The position numbers and the translations under genes are program-made. Positions 49,953-59,559 of a DNA stretch of 64,000 nucleotides are shown here, in pieces. Each line of letters opens with the position of its first letter. Position 1 is the stretch's first letter. The DNA lies in assembly GCA_964011675.1 (NCBI GenBank), contig CAXGPR010000008.1:1158-65157 (forward strand), read 5' to 3'. The DNA is from an uncultured bacterium (lineage in GTDB: Bacteria; Latescibacterota; UBA2968; UBA8231). The notes beneath the pieces are model-generated. The model saw nothing but the letters and a program-made list of their open reading frames with translations. It made no database searches and was not told where the DNA came from.

Positions 49953-50012
49953 TTACTCGTTCCCTTTTCCAAAGGATTCGCACAGTTTAAAAGGCTTATA
50001 TAGTTTTTCCAA

Positions 50013-50957
50013 TTAGCGCGTTATTTCTTTCAGACGCTCTAGGCTGGGCATAAAATCGCGCTCCCACACTGACTGCACGACCCCGTCTTCTATGTAGGCC
50101 AACCGCGGGTAACCGTGGGCATAGGTCAGGCGATAAAAATCTGTTAACGAGACCGTTGCGATATCAAATAGTGGATTAAAACGACGTTCGAATTCGACGA
50201 GTTGATCGGATTCTTGTGAGAAACTGGTCAGCGCGATAACGCGAGGGAGCGTATCGTCCTGCGCCATAGCGTTAATCTTTGGTACGGCATTTATACAGTG
50301 GCCACATGCCGGGCTAAATAATTCAATAAGATATTTACCCTGTTGCAGATCAGCGTCTACTCCCTGAATAGACAGCCCAATCAGACGGACATCAGCTTTT
50401 AGGTCAGATACCTCTAAGCGCTCCACTTCAGGTAAAAATCGAACCCCACATACGACGAGAGCAAGAACAAACACGGCGGGGGCAGCTCGGCGATACAGGC
50501 TTCCTTGAGGAGTCCACGGCAACGAGTCTACTGACCTTGAACAAAATAGGGTAAAGACCAGCATAGACAGCATGATGGCATCTTCCACAGCGGCTTCGCC
50601 AGGACTACGCTCAACAAGTGCTCCAAAACAGCCACAGTCAATTGAAGCCCCCATCTTCCAGGCATAGGTGAGCAATCCAGTAAAAAAAGCCATCAACAGC
50701 GTTGCAACGGGTAGCGTGATCCGCGGCAACCAGTTCAAGAGAAGGGCAAAACCAAGTCCCACCTCAAAAGGAGCCAATAAGACGGCCCCCTTTGCAACAA
50801 GCTGGAAATTTTCCCGTCCAAAACCTAATAGCTGGGTATGAGGTATAGCCTCCCAATAAAATAGAATAGGCTCCCAGGTCTTAATAGCACCTGAGATCAG
50901 ATAGACTATCCCTATGAGTATTTGAAAAATACGCGCCGTCTTGTTTGCAGCCTCCAT
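50013..50957 (-). CDS. MauE/DoxX-like membrane protein fused to thioredoxin-like domain
   Basis: TM segments with DCGCFG motif; C-terminal FSPACGHC and YP cis-Pro-like motif. Confidence 0.82.
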   Translation of the reverse strand: MEAANKTARIFQILIGIVYLISGAIKTWEPILFYWEAIPHTQLLGFGRENFQLVAKGAVLLAPFEVGLGFALLLNWLPRITLPVATLLMAFFTGLLTYAWKMGASIDCGCFGALVERSPGEAAVEDAIMLSMLVFTLFCSRSVDSLPWTPQGSLYRRAAPAVFVLALVVCGVRFLPEVERLEVSDLKADVRLIGLSIQGVDADLQQGKYLIELFSPACGHCINAVPKINAMAQDDTLPRVIALTSFSQESDQLVEFERRFNPLFDIATVSLTDFYRLTYAHGYPRLAYIEDGVVQSVWERDFMPSLERLKEITR

Positions 50958-51144
50958 CGTGCTCTCCGCGTAATCAGATAGAAAATTCGAACAGAAAAAG
51001 GCAACGTTAGTCCGCCCCTACCAAAATAAATATACGGCAAACAATGTGCGAAAGCTTCCGACGGAAGGCAACTAATACTCCTTCACTGGCTACAGAACGA
51101 AGATAACTATCTCAGGCGTCACATTCTTCCAACCGATGTAGAAG

Positions 51145-51182
51145 AAAAGGGCGCTCTCAGATCTGTTAATCTGAGAGCGCCC
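51145..51182 (-). terminator. Rho-independent terminator
   Basis: Perfect 14-bp inverted repeat GGGCGCTCTCAGAT / ATCTGAGAGCGCCC followed by TTTTCTT on the minus strand. Confidence 0.8.
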
Positions 51183-51259
51183 CAAAGAAAGACTCGAGTA
51201 TTTCATTCTGTTAGACGGCCCTTTTAATGCACTGCCTCGACCCTATCAGCGGAATCAGT

Positions 51260-52402
51260 CTACGCGTAGTGACGCATTATCGCCTCGGCCACGCGATCCA
51301 CCTGAGCAAAGGTCATATCGGGATACATCGGCAGAGACAGTAGCTGAGAACATACCTGTTCGCAATGAGGAAAATCGCCTACATTGTAATCCAAAGAAGC
51401 AAAGGCGGGAGTTAAGTGTAAGGGATGAGGATACTGTACGCCGGATTGGATCGCCTGTGCGCGCAAATGGGCCGCCAGATCAGAGCGATCAGGGACGCAT
51501 ACAACATAGAGATGGTAAACGTGATGGGCATAAGGTGCTTGACTGGGCAGTTGCACGGCCGATACGTCGCCAAGGGCTTCTATATACCGCGCAGCGATCG
51601 CACGCCGGTGCTCGTTCCACTGGTCCAAATAGCGAAGTTTAACGTCTAGGATAGCGCCCTGAATGCCATCCATGCGGTGATTTCCGCCTACTTCGATGTA
51701 GTTAAACTTATCGCCCTTAGCCTGTCCGTGATTGCGCAAGCGGCGCAGGCGCTCTGCTAATACATCATCGTTTGTTGTAAGTCCGCCCGCATCACCATAA
51801 GCACCTAGGTTTTTTCCCGGATAAAAGCTGAAGCAAGCCACGCGCCCGAGCCCGCCAACCGGCTGGCCGCAATAGCGGGCACCGTGCGCCTGAGCCGCAT
51901 CTTCAACTATTGCTAGGTCTCTGCAGTTGGCCAAATCAAGAAGAGGCCCCATCTCTACGGGTTGACCGTAGAGATGAACGGGGATTATTGCCCGCGTGCG
52001 TGCGGTGAGCGCATCCTCAACCCGCTGGGGGTCTATTGTAAAAAATATGGGATCAACGTCGACCAGAACGGGACGGGCTCCGACTTGATAAATGGCTTCT
52101 AACGTCGCCCCAAAGGTCAACGGCGTCGTAATAACTTCGTCCCCTTCTCCGATACCACATCCCTGCAGTGCCAGACGCAGTGCATCAGTGCCGCTACTCA
52201 CCCCCACGCAGTGTTTAACTCGGCAATAGTCGGCAAACGCGCGCTCAAAGCGCTCGACCTGCGGACCGAGAATGAAATTGCATCCCCCAACCACCTCACG
52301 TATTGCACCCTCTATCTCAGCGCTCAGTCGGGCGTGCTGGAGACTCAGGTCATTCATTGGAATTGGCGACTGTTCAACATGCGGAATCGGTATGGCCGTC
52401 AT
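51260..52402 (-). CDS. DegT/DnrJ/EryC1/StrS aminotransferase (nucleotide-sugar type)
   Basis: FILGPQV, SSGTDAL, PVHLYGQ, EDAAQAHGA, SFYPGKNLGAYGDAG, HVYHLY. Confidence 0.95.
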   Translation of the reverse strand: MTAIPIPHVEQSPIPMNDLSLQHARLSAEIEGAIREVVGGCNFILGPQVERFERAFADYCRVKHCVGVSSGTDALRLALQGCGIGEGDEVITTPLTFGATLEAIYQVGARPVLVDVDPIFFTIDPQRVEDALTARTRAIIPVHLYGQPVEMGPLLDLANCRDLAIVEDAAQAHGARYCGQPVGGLGRVACFSFYPGKNLGAYGDAGGLTTNDDVLAERLRRLRNHGQAKGDKFNYIEVGGNHRMDGIQGAILDVKLRYLDQWNEHRRAIAARYIEALGDVSAVQLPSQAPYAHHVYHLYVVCVPDRSDLAAHLRAQAIQSGVQYPHPLHLTPAFASLDYNVGDFPHCEQVCSQLLSLPMYPDMTFAQVDRVAEAIMRHYA

Positions 52403-52679
52403 CGAAAGCTCCTCGGTCAAAAAGTAGGCACCCAACGCTGAGCTACTTCACGGAAAAATAATGCAAGCGCACCCCGCGCATGAGACACCAGCGGATTCAG
52501 CAAATACGGTGCCATTAAAAACAACCCATCTCTTTCTACATCTCGTCAATAATTTCCTCTCTCTCAATATATATCGACTATTTTCTCTTATGCTCTATGA
52601 AAAAATTTCCCTTATATCCCCTTCAAGTCTCCGAGCACACTTTGACCACCCAAGTAGAAAACGCCGCAACAAAGTGCAC

Positions 52680-52748
52680 AAAAAACCCAGCGAAGAAACT
52701 CTGCTCACCGTCTTTCCGAACAACAAGCAGAGTCACTCAACGCTGGGT
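52680..52748 (-). terminator. Long interrupted hairpin with U-tract downstream of kptA
   Basis: ACCCAGCG..ACTCTGCT..loop..AGCAGAGT..CGCTGGGT then T5 on the minus strand. Confidence 0.7.
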
Positions 52749-52782
52749 ATCTAACGGCTTAAAGCCGCTCTAAATGTAAAGC

Positions 52783-53445
52783 TTAACGCGTCACAAAACG
52801 CGGTTTTCTCCCGAACGAAGCGGGAGCCGTTTCGCGACCGGATTTCGCCTCATCAACAGCCGAATACCCCCCAATCCCTAATATTTGGCCAACGCATTCA
52901 GGGGGAATTTCTTCCGTTAGGATCACTTCGCCCCGAACAAAGAACGCGATATCTTGTTCATGCGCTTTATCCGCCAAAATCTCAACGACCAAGGGCCCAG
53001 ACTTCTCATGACTGCGCCTGGCGGCCGTCTCCCGGTCAAGCGATAGATGCACGTAATAGCGATCTCCCGATGTGATCCCCTCCGTTTTGTAGGCACGCGC
53101 TGCAGCATGTGTGGTGCCCATATAGAAACGATCGGGAACAGGCGCAATGGGCTCACCGTCCATTTCGATAAAAAAGCTGTGTCCATACAGTGCGCGGATA
53201 CCGTATTCATTCACTTCAAAACGGCGCTGCTTAGGATCGTTTGCCAAGGTTTGTACATCGTCTTCCGTGACGTCATCATACCGTTCTTGCAATGCCTGTA
53301 GCACCTGATCAACGGGCGCATAGCCATACGCATCAATCTCAAGACCAAATTCGTCTGGCTTATGGCGTAGCATGAGCGATAAAAGCTTTGAAATCCTACT
53401 TCTATTAGCCAATTTTTTTCGTTTTCCTATAGTTTTATGTGACAA
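52783..53445 (-). CDS. kptA: RNA 2'-phosphotransferase (Tpt1/KptA)
   Basis: SKLLSLMLRHKP, QRRF, IRALYGHS, GDRYYVHLS, IPP; exact start uncertain. Confidence 0.9.
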   Translation of the reverse strand: MSHKTIGKRKKLANRSRISKLLSLMLRHKPDEFGLEIDAYGYAPVDQVLQALQERYDDVTEDDVQTLANDPKQRRFEVNEYGIRALYGHSFFIEMDGEPIAPVPDRFYMGTTHAAARAYKTEGITSGDRYYVHLSLDRETAARRSHEKSGPLVVEILADKAHEQDIAFFVRGEVILTEEIPPECVGQILGIGGYSAVDEAKSGRETAPASFGRKPRFVTR

Positions 53446-53625
53446 AGTAATACTTATTAGGGCACACCTTCAGTCAATACAACACCTACAAGGGAACCAT
53501 TAAGAGCCCACTCATTCTTTATCGAAGAGAGCTAGGTGACAGGGCCTTTCATAGACAGTCTATAGCCTCATCTTCGCTCCGTAAATATACTTTATCACTT
53601 GCCCTGCGCAATTACTCCTAAAGAT

Positions 53626-54795
53626 TTACCCCATTCTCCGCCGCAGAAAAGTCGGTATGTCTAAATTCTCATCATTTCCGCCGGCTCCCTCGTTGACCTC
53701 CCCAGCAGCCGTGCGACGCCGCGTGTGAGCCGGCACATCGAGATTTCCTATTCTGCGAACACCGGGCGCTTCATCCTCGACCGGTTCAGCGGTTTGGTTC
53801 TCGCGCTGTGCTGTGGGAACAGCCAAGCGGCTTTCGCTGCTGAGATTAAATCCGGTAGCAATAACCGTAACACTAATTTCATCTAACATCTGATCGTCTT
53901 TTACAGTGCCGAAGATAATGTTTGCTTCTTGGCCGGCGGCCTCGTGAATCAGCGACATCGCTTCGTTCACCTCAAAGAGCGTCAAATTTGAATCAGCAGC
54001 AATATTGATCAGGACCCCCTTCGCACCGTGGATCGACACATCTTCCAAGAGCGGACTCTGAATCGCTTTACGCGCGGCTTCAACCGCGCGGTTTTCTCCT
54101 TTGTGCGTTCCAACGCCCATGATCGCATCTCCGCCCTGCGATATGATGGTCTTCACGTCGTTAAAGTCGAGATTGATCATGCCGGGTATGGTAATCAGAT
54201 CGGCGATGCCGCGCGTTGCCTGCATGAGAACCTCATCTGCCTGAAAAAAGGCTTGATCGAGCGTCGTATCGCGATCGCAGATACTCAACAACCGCTGGTT
54301 CTTTATCGTGATGAGCGTGTCGACTCGCTCCTGTAATTCACCCAAACCCGTATGCGCATTGCGCATGCGGGGAAACCCTTCCATGACAAAGGGTTCCGTG
54401 ACGATACCCACCGCCAGAGATCCCTGATCTCTACAAATTTCAGCAACTACGGGCGCAGCACCCGTGCCGGTTCCACCTCCCATACCAGCCGTAATAAATA
54501 CCAAGTCAGCATCGGCAAGACGCTCTGCCACTTTCTCGCGATCTTCTTCAATAGCCTGCCGACCAATCTGTGGATCAGCACCGGCGCCCAGCCCACGCGT
54601 CACACCGTCACCAATGCAAATACAGGCGTCAGCAGAAGATGTTTCCAACACCTGCGCATCCGTGTTAATCGCAATAAATTCAACGCCGTTCATGCCGGAT
54701 TGAATCATGCGATTAATGGCATTGCCGCCAGCTCCCCCCACACCGACAACTTTAATACGTGCTTTACGCTCATCCTCAATGATTCTAAAGTTCAT
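53626..54795 (-). CDS. ftsZ: Cell division protein FtsZ
   Basis: GVGGAGGNA, GMGGGTGTG, NLDFND, C-terminal LDIPTFLRR. Confidence 0.98.
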   Translation of the reverse strand: MNFRIIEDERKARIKVVGVGGAGGNAINRMIQSGMNGVEFIAINTDAQVLETSSADACICIGDGVTRGLGAGADPQIGRQAIEEDREKVAERLADADLVFITAGMGGGTGTGAAPVVAEICRDQGSLAVGIVTEPFVMEGFPRMRNAHTGLGELQERVDTLITIKNQRLLSICDRDTTLDQAFFQADEVLMQATRGIADLITIPGMINLDFNDVKTIISQGGDAIMGVGTHKGENRAVEAARKAIQSPLLEDVSIHGAKGVLINIAADSNLTLFEVNEAMSLIHEAAGQEANIIFGTVKDDQMLDEISVTVIATGFNLSSESRLAVPTAQRENQTAEPVEDEAPGVRRIGNLDVPAHTRRRTAAGEVNEGAGGNDENLDIPTFLRRRMG

Positions 54796-54841
54796 AGTCA
54801 ACTTTCCTCTCTGGTTGATGTACAGGCAACTTGCGCTCCAC

Positions 54842-56086
54842 CTATACCCATGTTTGAAACCATTCTTTCATACGTCCAAAAACTGCTTCGAAACCAGCCC
54901 CATCAAGATTCTCTCCGCGCGGCCATTGCCCCTCCTCACGATCGCTGCGATCACCGGCCAATCGCGCCAATCCTACAGCGGTCGCATATCCTGGGTTATC
55001 CATTCCATCGATCATGCCAACAACGCCACTGGGCGTACCTACCCTGACGGGAATCTCGAATACGCGTTCTGCCAACTCGGCCGCTCCATCTACCAATGCC
55101 CCCCCACCCGTCAGCACAATCCCCGCGCCTAAATTGTGCCGGTTGGCACCCAGGCTGTCCCGAACTAGGATAAATATTTCCTCCATCCGCGCCTCGACAA
55201 TATCTGCTAAGAGGCGACGGGAGACCTGCGTTGCAGGTCGGCCAGAAACGCCGGGTACCTGAACCGTTTCGTCTTCGCCAACAGATTCGAGCGAAACGGT
55301 TCCACGCGTGCACTTCAAAGTTTCGGCAATGGGCCACCCCGTGCGTAAACCGATAGCTACGTCACTAGTCACATTTTGGCCCCCAAGTCCAATAACCCCC
55401 GTATAGCGCAAGCTACCGCGCGAAAATACGGCCATATCTGTTGTCCCCCCACCGATATCAACCAGACACACACCCATTTGCCGCTCGTCACTGTCAAGCA
55501 CGGCCGCACTAGAAGCTAAAGGTTCCAATGCAATATCGCGGACCGCTAATCCCGCCCTGTGGATACTGCGACAGATGTTCTGGGCCGCGGTAACCGCACC
55601 TGAAACAACGTGCACCTGCACTTCCAGCCGCACACCGAGCATTCCAACTGGATCGGCAATATCTCGACGTCCATCGATGATAAACTCCTGCGGCAATACG
55701 TGAAGAACCTCCCGGTCGATAGGCGTCTTAACAGCGCCGGCCGATTCAAGCACCCTCTGGCGATCCTCTTCTGTGATGCGCCCATCGGATCCGGCCACCG
55801 CAACGACTCCAGAGCTGTCTTGACTGGTTACGTGCTCTCCCGCAATCCCCACAAAGACTTCTCTCACTTCCGTACCAGCCATGAGCTCAGCTTGGCGAAC
55901 CGCTTTTTCGACCGACTGCACCGTCTTCTCGACATCGGTTATCACTCCGCGACGCAGCCCCTGCGAAGCACAACTGGCAAACCCGAGGATACGCGGCATC
56001 TTGTTAGGTATAATCTCGGAGATCACCGTGCTTATTTTAGTTGTTCCCAGGTCTAATCCGACGACGCATCTACTCTCCGCGCTCAT
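54842..56086 (-). CDS. ftsA: Cell division protein FtsA
   Basis: GLDLGTTK, AELMAG, DIGGGTTD, VLTGGG, YATAVGL. Confidence 0.97.
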   Translation of the reverse strand: MSAESRCVVGLDLGTTKISTVISEIIPNKMPRILGFASCASQGLRRGVITDVEKTVQSVEKAVRQAELMAGTEVREVFVGIAGEHVTSQDSSGVVAVAGSDGRITEEDRQRVLESAGAVKTPIDREVLHVLPQEFIIDGRRDIADPVGMLGVRLEVQVHVVSGAVTAAQNICRSIHRAGLAVRDIALEPLASSAAVLDSDERQMGVCLVDIGGGTTDMAVFSRGSLRYTGVIGLGGQNVTSDVAIGLRTGWPIAETLKCTRGTVSLESVGEDETVQVPGVSGRPATQVSRRLLADIVEARMEEIFILVRDSLGANRHNLGAGIVLTGGGALVDGAAELAERVFEIPVRVGTPSGVVGMIDGMDNPGYATAVGLARLAGDRSDREEGQWPRGENLDGAGFEAVFGRMKEWFQTWV

Positions 56087-56931
56087 CCCGTCCCTTTCTC
56101 TTTTCCTCCCACTACGAGCTGACCGCTGTAGCGCAGATCGATATAAGCGGGGTTGGAATACTCGCGATAAATTCTCGGCATCATGCGCTTGAGCTCTCGC
56201 AAACGCTCGTCTACCCGATCAAAAGGCAGACGTACCTCCAACCCGTCTCCAGCTAATCGGAGAGCAATCCCTTCATCGCTGAGTGCTTCTAATTGAGAAA
56301 TGCCCATACAAAACTCTGGATCGACACTTGTCGCCTGCTTCCACCAAGTGAGCACATTGCCTAGTACTCCCGCAGTATCTACTAAGGCCATGCCAGCATA
56401 GAGCGAATCCGCAATGGGCGTGAGTCCTGAAATAACGGGTAAATCTACTTCTGTGAGCGTTTCGTTGGCCAAACGATTAGCAGGTAGAAGAATGCCTTCG
56501 TCATCGATTCCATAGGTCTGATCCAACACCACCCATGCAAAGCGCTGACGCTCAACTAACTCTACGACAAGTCGATCCGGTGGCTTGCGCATGACCACTG
56601 CGCGCCGCACCCACGGCTCTGCTTCCAAACGATTGGCAACAGCGCGTAAATCAACCTCCAGCACGTTATCTCCTATCTCCAATCCGGTAGCCGCAAGTAC
56701 ATCTTCCCCCGTGAGCAATCGCAAACCATTGACTTCAATTGCGACGAGCTCAAACTGCGCTGCATATGCCTTCGAATGGCGCCACTCCCATATTCCCCAG
56801 ACCAGCGATATCAATCCTACTAGGGGCAGCAGCAACACCAGTCTCTTCAGGCGGAGTCCCTCTCGCCGTGATAAGGCAGCAGCTTTTTTACCCGACTTCG
56901 ACTTGACACGGGCCACATTTCGACCTCTCAC
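56083..56931 (-). CDS. ftsQ: Cell division protein FtsQ/DivIB
   Basis: One TM, POTRA-like PWVRRAVV..PDRL..ER, YIDLRY; position before ftsA. Confidence 0.92.
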   Translation of the reverse strand: MRGRNVARVKSKSGKKAAALSRREGLRLKRLVLLLPLVGLISLVWGIWEWRHSKAYAAQFELVAIEVNGLRLLTGEDVLAATGLEIGDNVLEVDLRAVANRLEAEPWVRRAVVMRKPPDRLVVELVERQRFAWVVLDQTYGIDDEGILLPANRLANETLTEVDLPVISGLTPIADSLYAGMALVDTAGVLGNVLTWWKQATSVDPEFCMGISQLEALSDEGIALRLAGDGLEVRLPFDRVDERLRELKRMMPRIYREYSNPAYIDLRYSGQLVVGGKEKGTG

Positions 56932-58307
56932 CGCAGGTCTCCGCTAAGAAATTCGACGAGATCTTCTGACACCTCACCGATGTTACCTGCCCCCATGATC
57001 AACACCGTATCCCCGCTTTTACACAGCGCTGATACGTGGGACACGAGATCGCTACAGCTGGCTATGTAGTCCACTTTTTCATATCCCAACTGCTGGAGCT
57101 CAATGGCAATTAGTCGACCATCGATGCCCTGAATGGGCTCCTCTCTTGCCGGATATACATCCGTTAAAACAACGTGATCTGCACGGGCTAATTCGCGAGC
57201 AAAAGCCGCTTTAAAATCGCGCGTCCTCGTGTATAGATGCGGTTGGAAAACGGCTAATATACGCCGCTCGCTAACGCGCGCTGCCTGCAGAGCAGCCGCA
57301 ACTTCACTAGGATGATGCGCATAGTCATCAACCACCCGAATCCCATTGACTTCACCCTTAATTTCAAAGCGTCGATCTACGCTTTTGAATCCGGCCAATG
57401 CAGCCGCACAGCATGCTTTATCTACACCCAGATGATGCGCGACCGAAGCGGCACCCGCTGCATTGCGCGCGTTGTGTAATCCGGGAATCCCGATCTCAAA
57501 TTCCGCCCAATGTGCGCCTCTATACGATAACCTAAAGTGGCTGCTTTCCGGTCGTTGGCATAAGTCCGTAATCCGATAGTCACATTCTGCGCCAAGACCA
57601 AAACTCAGATAGTTTCGACTTAGAAAGCCAACAACTCCGCCTCCGACCAAATCATCCCCCCCCACAAATGCTGTTCCCACGGGTGGCAGACGATGTAAAA
57701 ACTCGACAAAGGCCTCTTCTACTTCTCTCAGACCGCCGTAGTAATCGAGGTGCTCAGCCTCAACGCACGTAACGAGAGCCACCTCAGGATCAAGCTGGTG
57801 AAAAGAACGGGCAAACTCATCTGCTTCTACAACGAACCATTCCCCCAACCCTACAGCGGCGTGGGCCCGACCACCGATCTCACCCCCAACCAAGAAGTCC
57901 GGATCCCAGCCAGCACGGCATAATATGTCCGTCACCATTGATGCTGTAGTCGTCTTACCGTGAGTTCCAGCAATGGCAATAGTACGCCGTGATCGACTCA
58001 ATTCGCCAAGTACTTCGGCACGACTAGCGCAGCGGATCCCGCGCGCCTCAGCTTCAAGACGCTCGACGTTGCTGTCCGGTATTGCAGCAGAATAGATTAA
58101 TAGATCCGAATCTCCCACCTGTGTAGCGCAGTGCCCTTTCCCGATAGGAAAACCCTCTCGAGCCAATTCACTAACGGTAGAAGATGACGCCAAGTCTGAC
58201 CCCGTCACGCACATCCCCTGCGCCTTCAAGAGGCGAGCCAAAGCAGCCATACCCGCCCCTCCAATGCCAACCATATGGGCCCATTTATAGCGATTGACGA
58301 TGTCCAT
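56928..58307 (-). CDS. murC: UDP-N-acetylmuramate--L-alanine ligase
   Basis: GIGGAGM, AGTHGKTTT, EADE, EHLDYY, DDYAHHPSE, FQPHLYTRT. Confidence 0.97.
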   Translation of the reverse strand: MDIVNRYKWAHMVGIGGAGMAALARLLKAQGMCVTGSDLASSSTVSELAREGFPIGKGHCATQVGDSDLLIYSAAIPDSNVERLEAEARGIRCASRAEVLGELSRSRRTIAIAGTHGKTTTASMVTDILCRAGWDPDFLVGGEIGGRAHAAVGLGEWFVVEADEFARSFHQLDPEVALVTCVEAEHLDYYGGLREVEEAFVEFLHRLPPVGTAFVGGDDLVGGGVVGFLSRNYLSFGLGAECDYRITDLCQRPESSHFRLSYRGAHWAEFEIGIPGLHNARNAAGAASVAHHLGVDKACCAAALAGFKSVDRRFEIKGEVNGIRVVDDYAHHPSEVAAALQAARVSERRILAVFQPHLYTRTRDFKAAFARELARADHVVLTDVYPAREEPIQGIDGRLIAIELQQLGYEKVDYIASCSDLVSHVSALCKSGDTVLIMGAGNIGEVSEDLVEFLSGDLR

Positions 58308-59422
58308 TATCGGGCCCTATGGGTAGAATGCATAGCAGCATGACGAGCTACGCATAGTAAGATCCCAACACCCGCCATGTTCAAGAGTAAGGAAGAGCCA
58401 CCATAGCTAAGAAAAGGTAGCGGCAATCCCGTCGTAGGTAGCAGACCCGTTACCACGCCCATATTAAGCATTGCGTAAATGGAAATCATGGACGTCATGC
58501 CTGTAGCAAGTAGAAAACCGTGACTGCTAACGGAGTTCCGCGCAATCTTCAACCCCAAAACAGCGAAAGCAACAAAAAGCCCCACGACGCTTATTGTGCC
58601 AACCAAACCCATTTCTTCTCCCACAAAGGCGAAAACAAAATCAGTATGGGGCTCAGGCAAATACTGAAGCTTCTGCATGCTGTTGCCCAACCCAACTCCA
58701 AACACTTGGCCGTTGCCCATTCCAATAAGTGATTGAGTAATCTGATAATTTCCGGCATCTTCTCCATTGCCTTCTAAAAAGTTGGTGAGACGGGCCAGTT
58801 GATAGGGTGAGGTCAAAAGGGAGACGACAATGCCTATGGTTCCCACTAGGAGCACGGCACCCAGTTGACCGGGCTCAACGCCTCCTACCCACAGAAGAAC
58901 GAGCGCAATACAGCCAATAGCGATTGCCGTTCCCAAGTCGGGCTGCGCCGCGATGAGCGTAAGCACCAGACCAACTACTACGAGCCGAGGCAGAAGGCCT
59001 CGTTTGAACTCGCGCAGATCTTCTTCCTTTCGCACTAGCACGTCGGCCAAATAGATGACTAACGCCAACTTTGCAAACTCGGATGGCTGAAACGCAAAAC
59101 TGGCTAAGGAATTGGGCAAGTAGAGCCAGCGATCGGCAGGGCCCGCACCAATAAAGAGCACGAGGACCAGAAGGAATATGGCCCAGAGCATGATGACCCG
59201 AGAGAATCGAGCAAACCAATCGAGAGGAACGCGCGAGACCACAAACATCACAAACAAACCCAGTACTGCACGGGCCAATTGCCGTTTGAGGAAGAAACTG
59301 CTATCGTCATACCGTACGCGAGCGAGCTCTGAACTGGCGCTATAAATCATGACCAGTCCTAGCCCAATCAGCAGTAGGCAGACCAATAACAAATGAGTAC
59401 CAGCGCGCTGGACGACATACAT
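58307..59422 (-). CDS. ftsW: SEDS peptidoglycan polymerase FtsW
   Basis: YSASS, FQPSEFAK, QPDLGT, LPEPHTDF, PTTGLPLPFLSYGGSS. Confidence 0.97.
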   Translation of the reverse strand: MYVVQRAGTHLLLVCLLLIGLGLVMIYSASSELARVRYDDSSFFLKRQLARAVLGLFVMFVVSRVPLDWFARFSRVIMLWAIFLLVLVLFIGAGPADRWLYLPNSLASFAFQPSEFAKLALVIYLADVLVRKEEDLREFKRGLLPRLVVVGLVLTLIAAQPDLGTAIAIGCIALVLLWVGGVEPGQLGAVLLVGTIGIVVSLLTSPYQLARLTNFLEGNGEDAGNYQITQSLIGMGNGQVFGVGLGNSMQKLQYLPEPHTDFVFAFVGEEMGLVGTISVVGLFVAFAVLGLKIARNSVSSHGFLLATGMTSMISIYAMLNMGVVTGLLPTTGLPLPFLSYGGSSLLLNMAGVGILLCVARHAAMHSTHRAR

Positions 59423-59559
59423 GAAGCGGCTTCTCCGCGCCTCGAACGGGGAAACCCAAGCTGCGAGTCCGGGGGATGGACCACGGCCCAGTAGTGAATC
59501 AAAACGAAGGAGACCATCCAGTGGGAGAGGATGGTAAATAGCCGAGATTTAGGAGTTTC

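Noticed and set aside
47730-51067. Shared 11-mer TCCGACGGAAG in two intergenic regions (near 47730 and 51057)
   Set aside because: Only two copies of a short word, one inside a pseudogene remnant; compatible with chance.
52685-52748. Possible SRP (4.5S) RNA because of GGAA loop and AGCAG
   Set aside because: Lacks the conserved CAGG strand of the SRP symmetric loop, and AGCAG is fully base-paired here.
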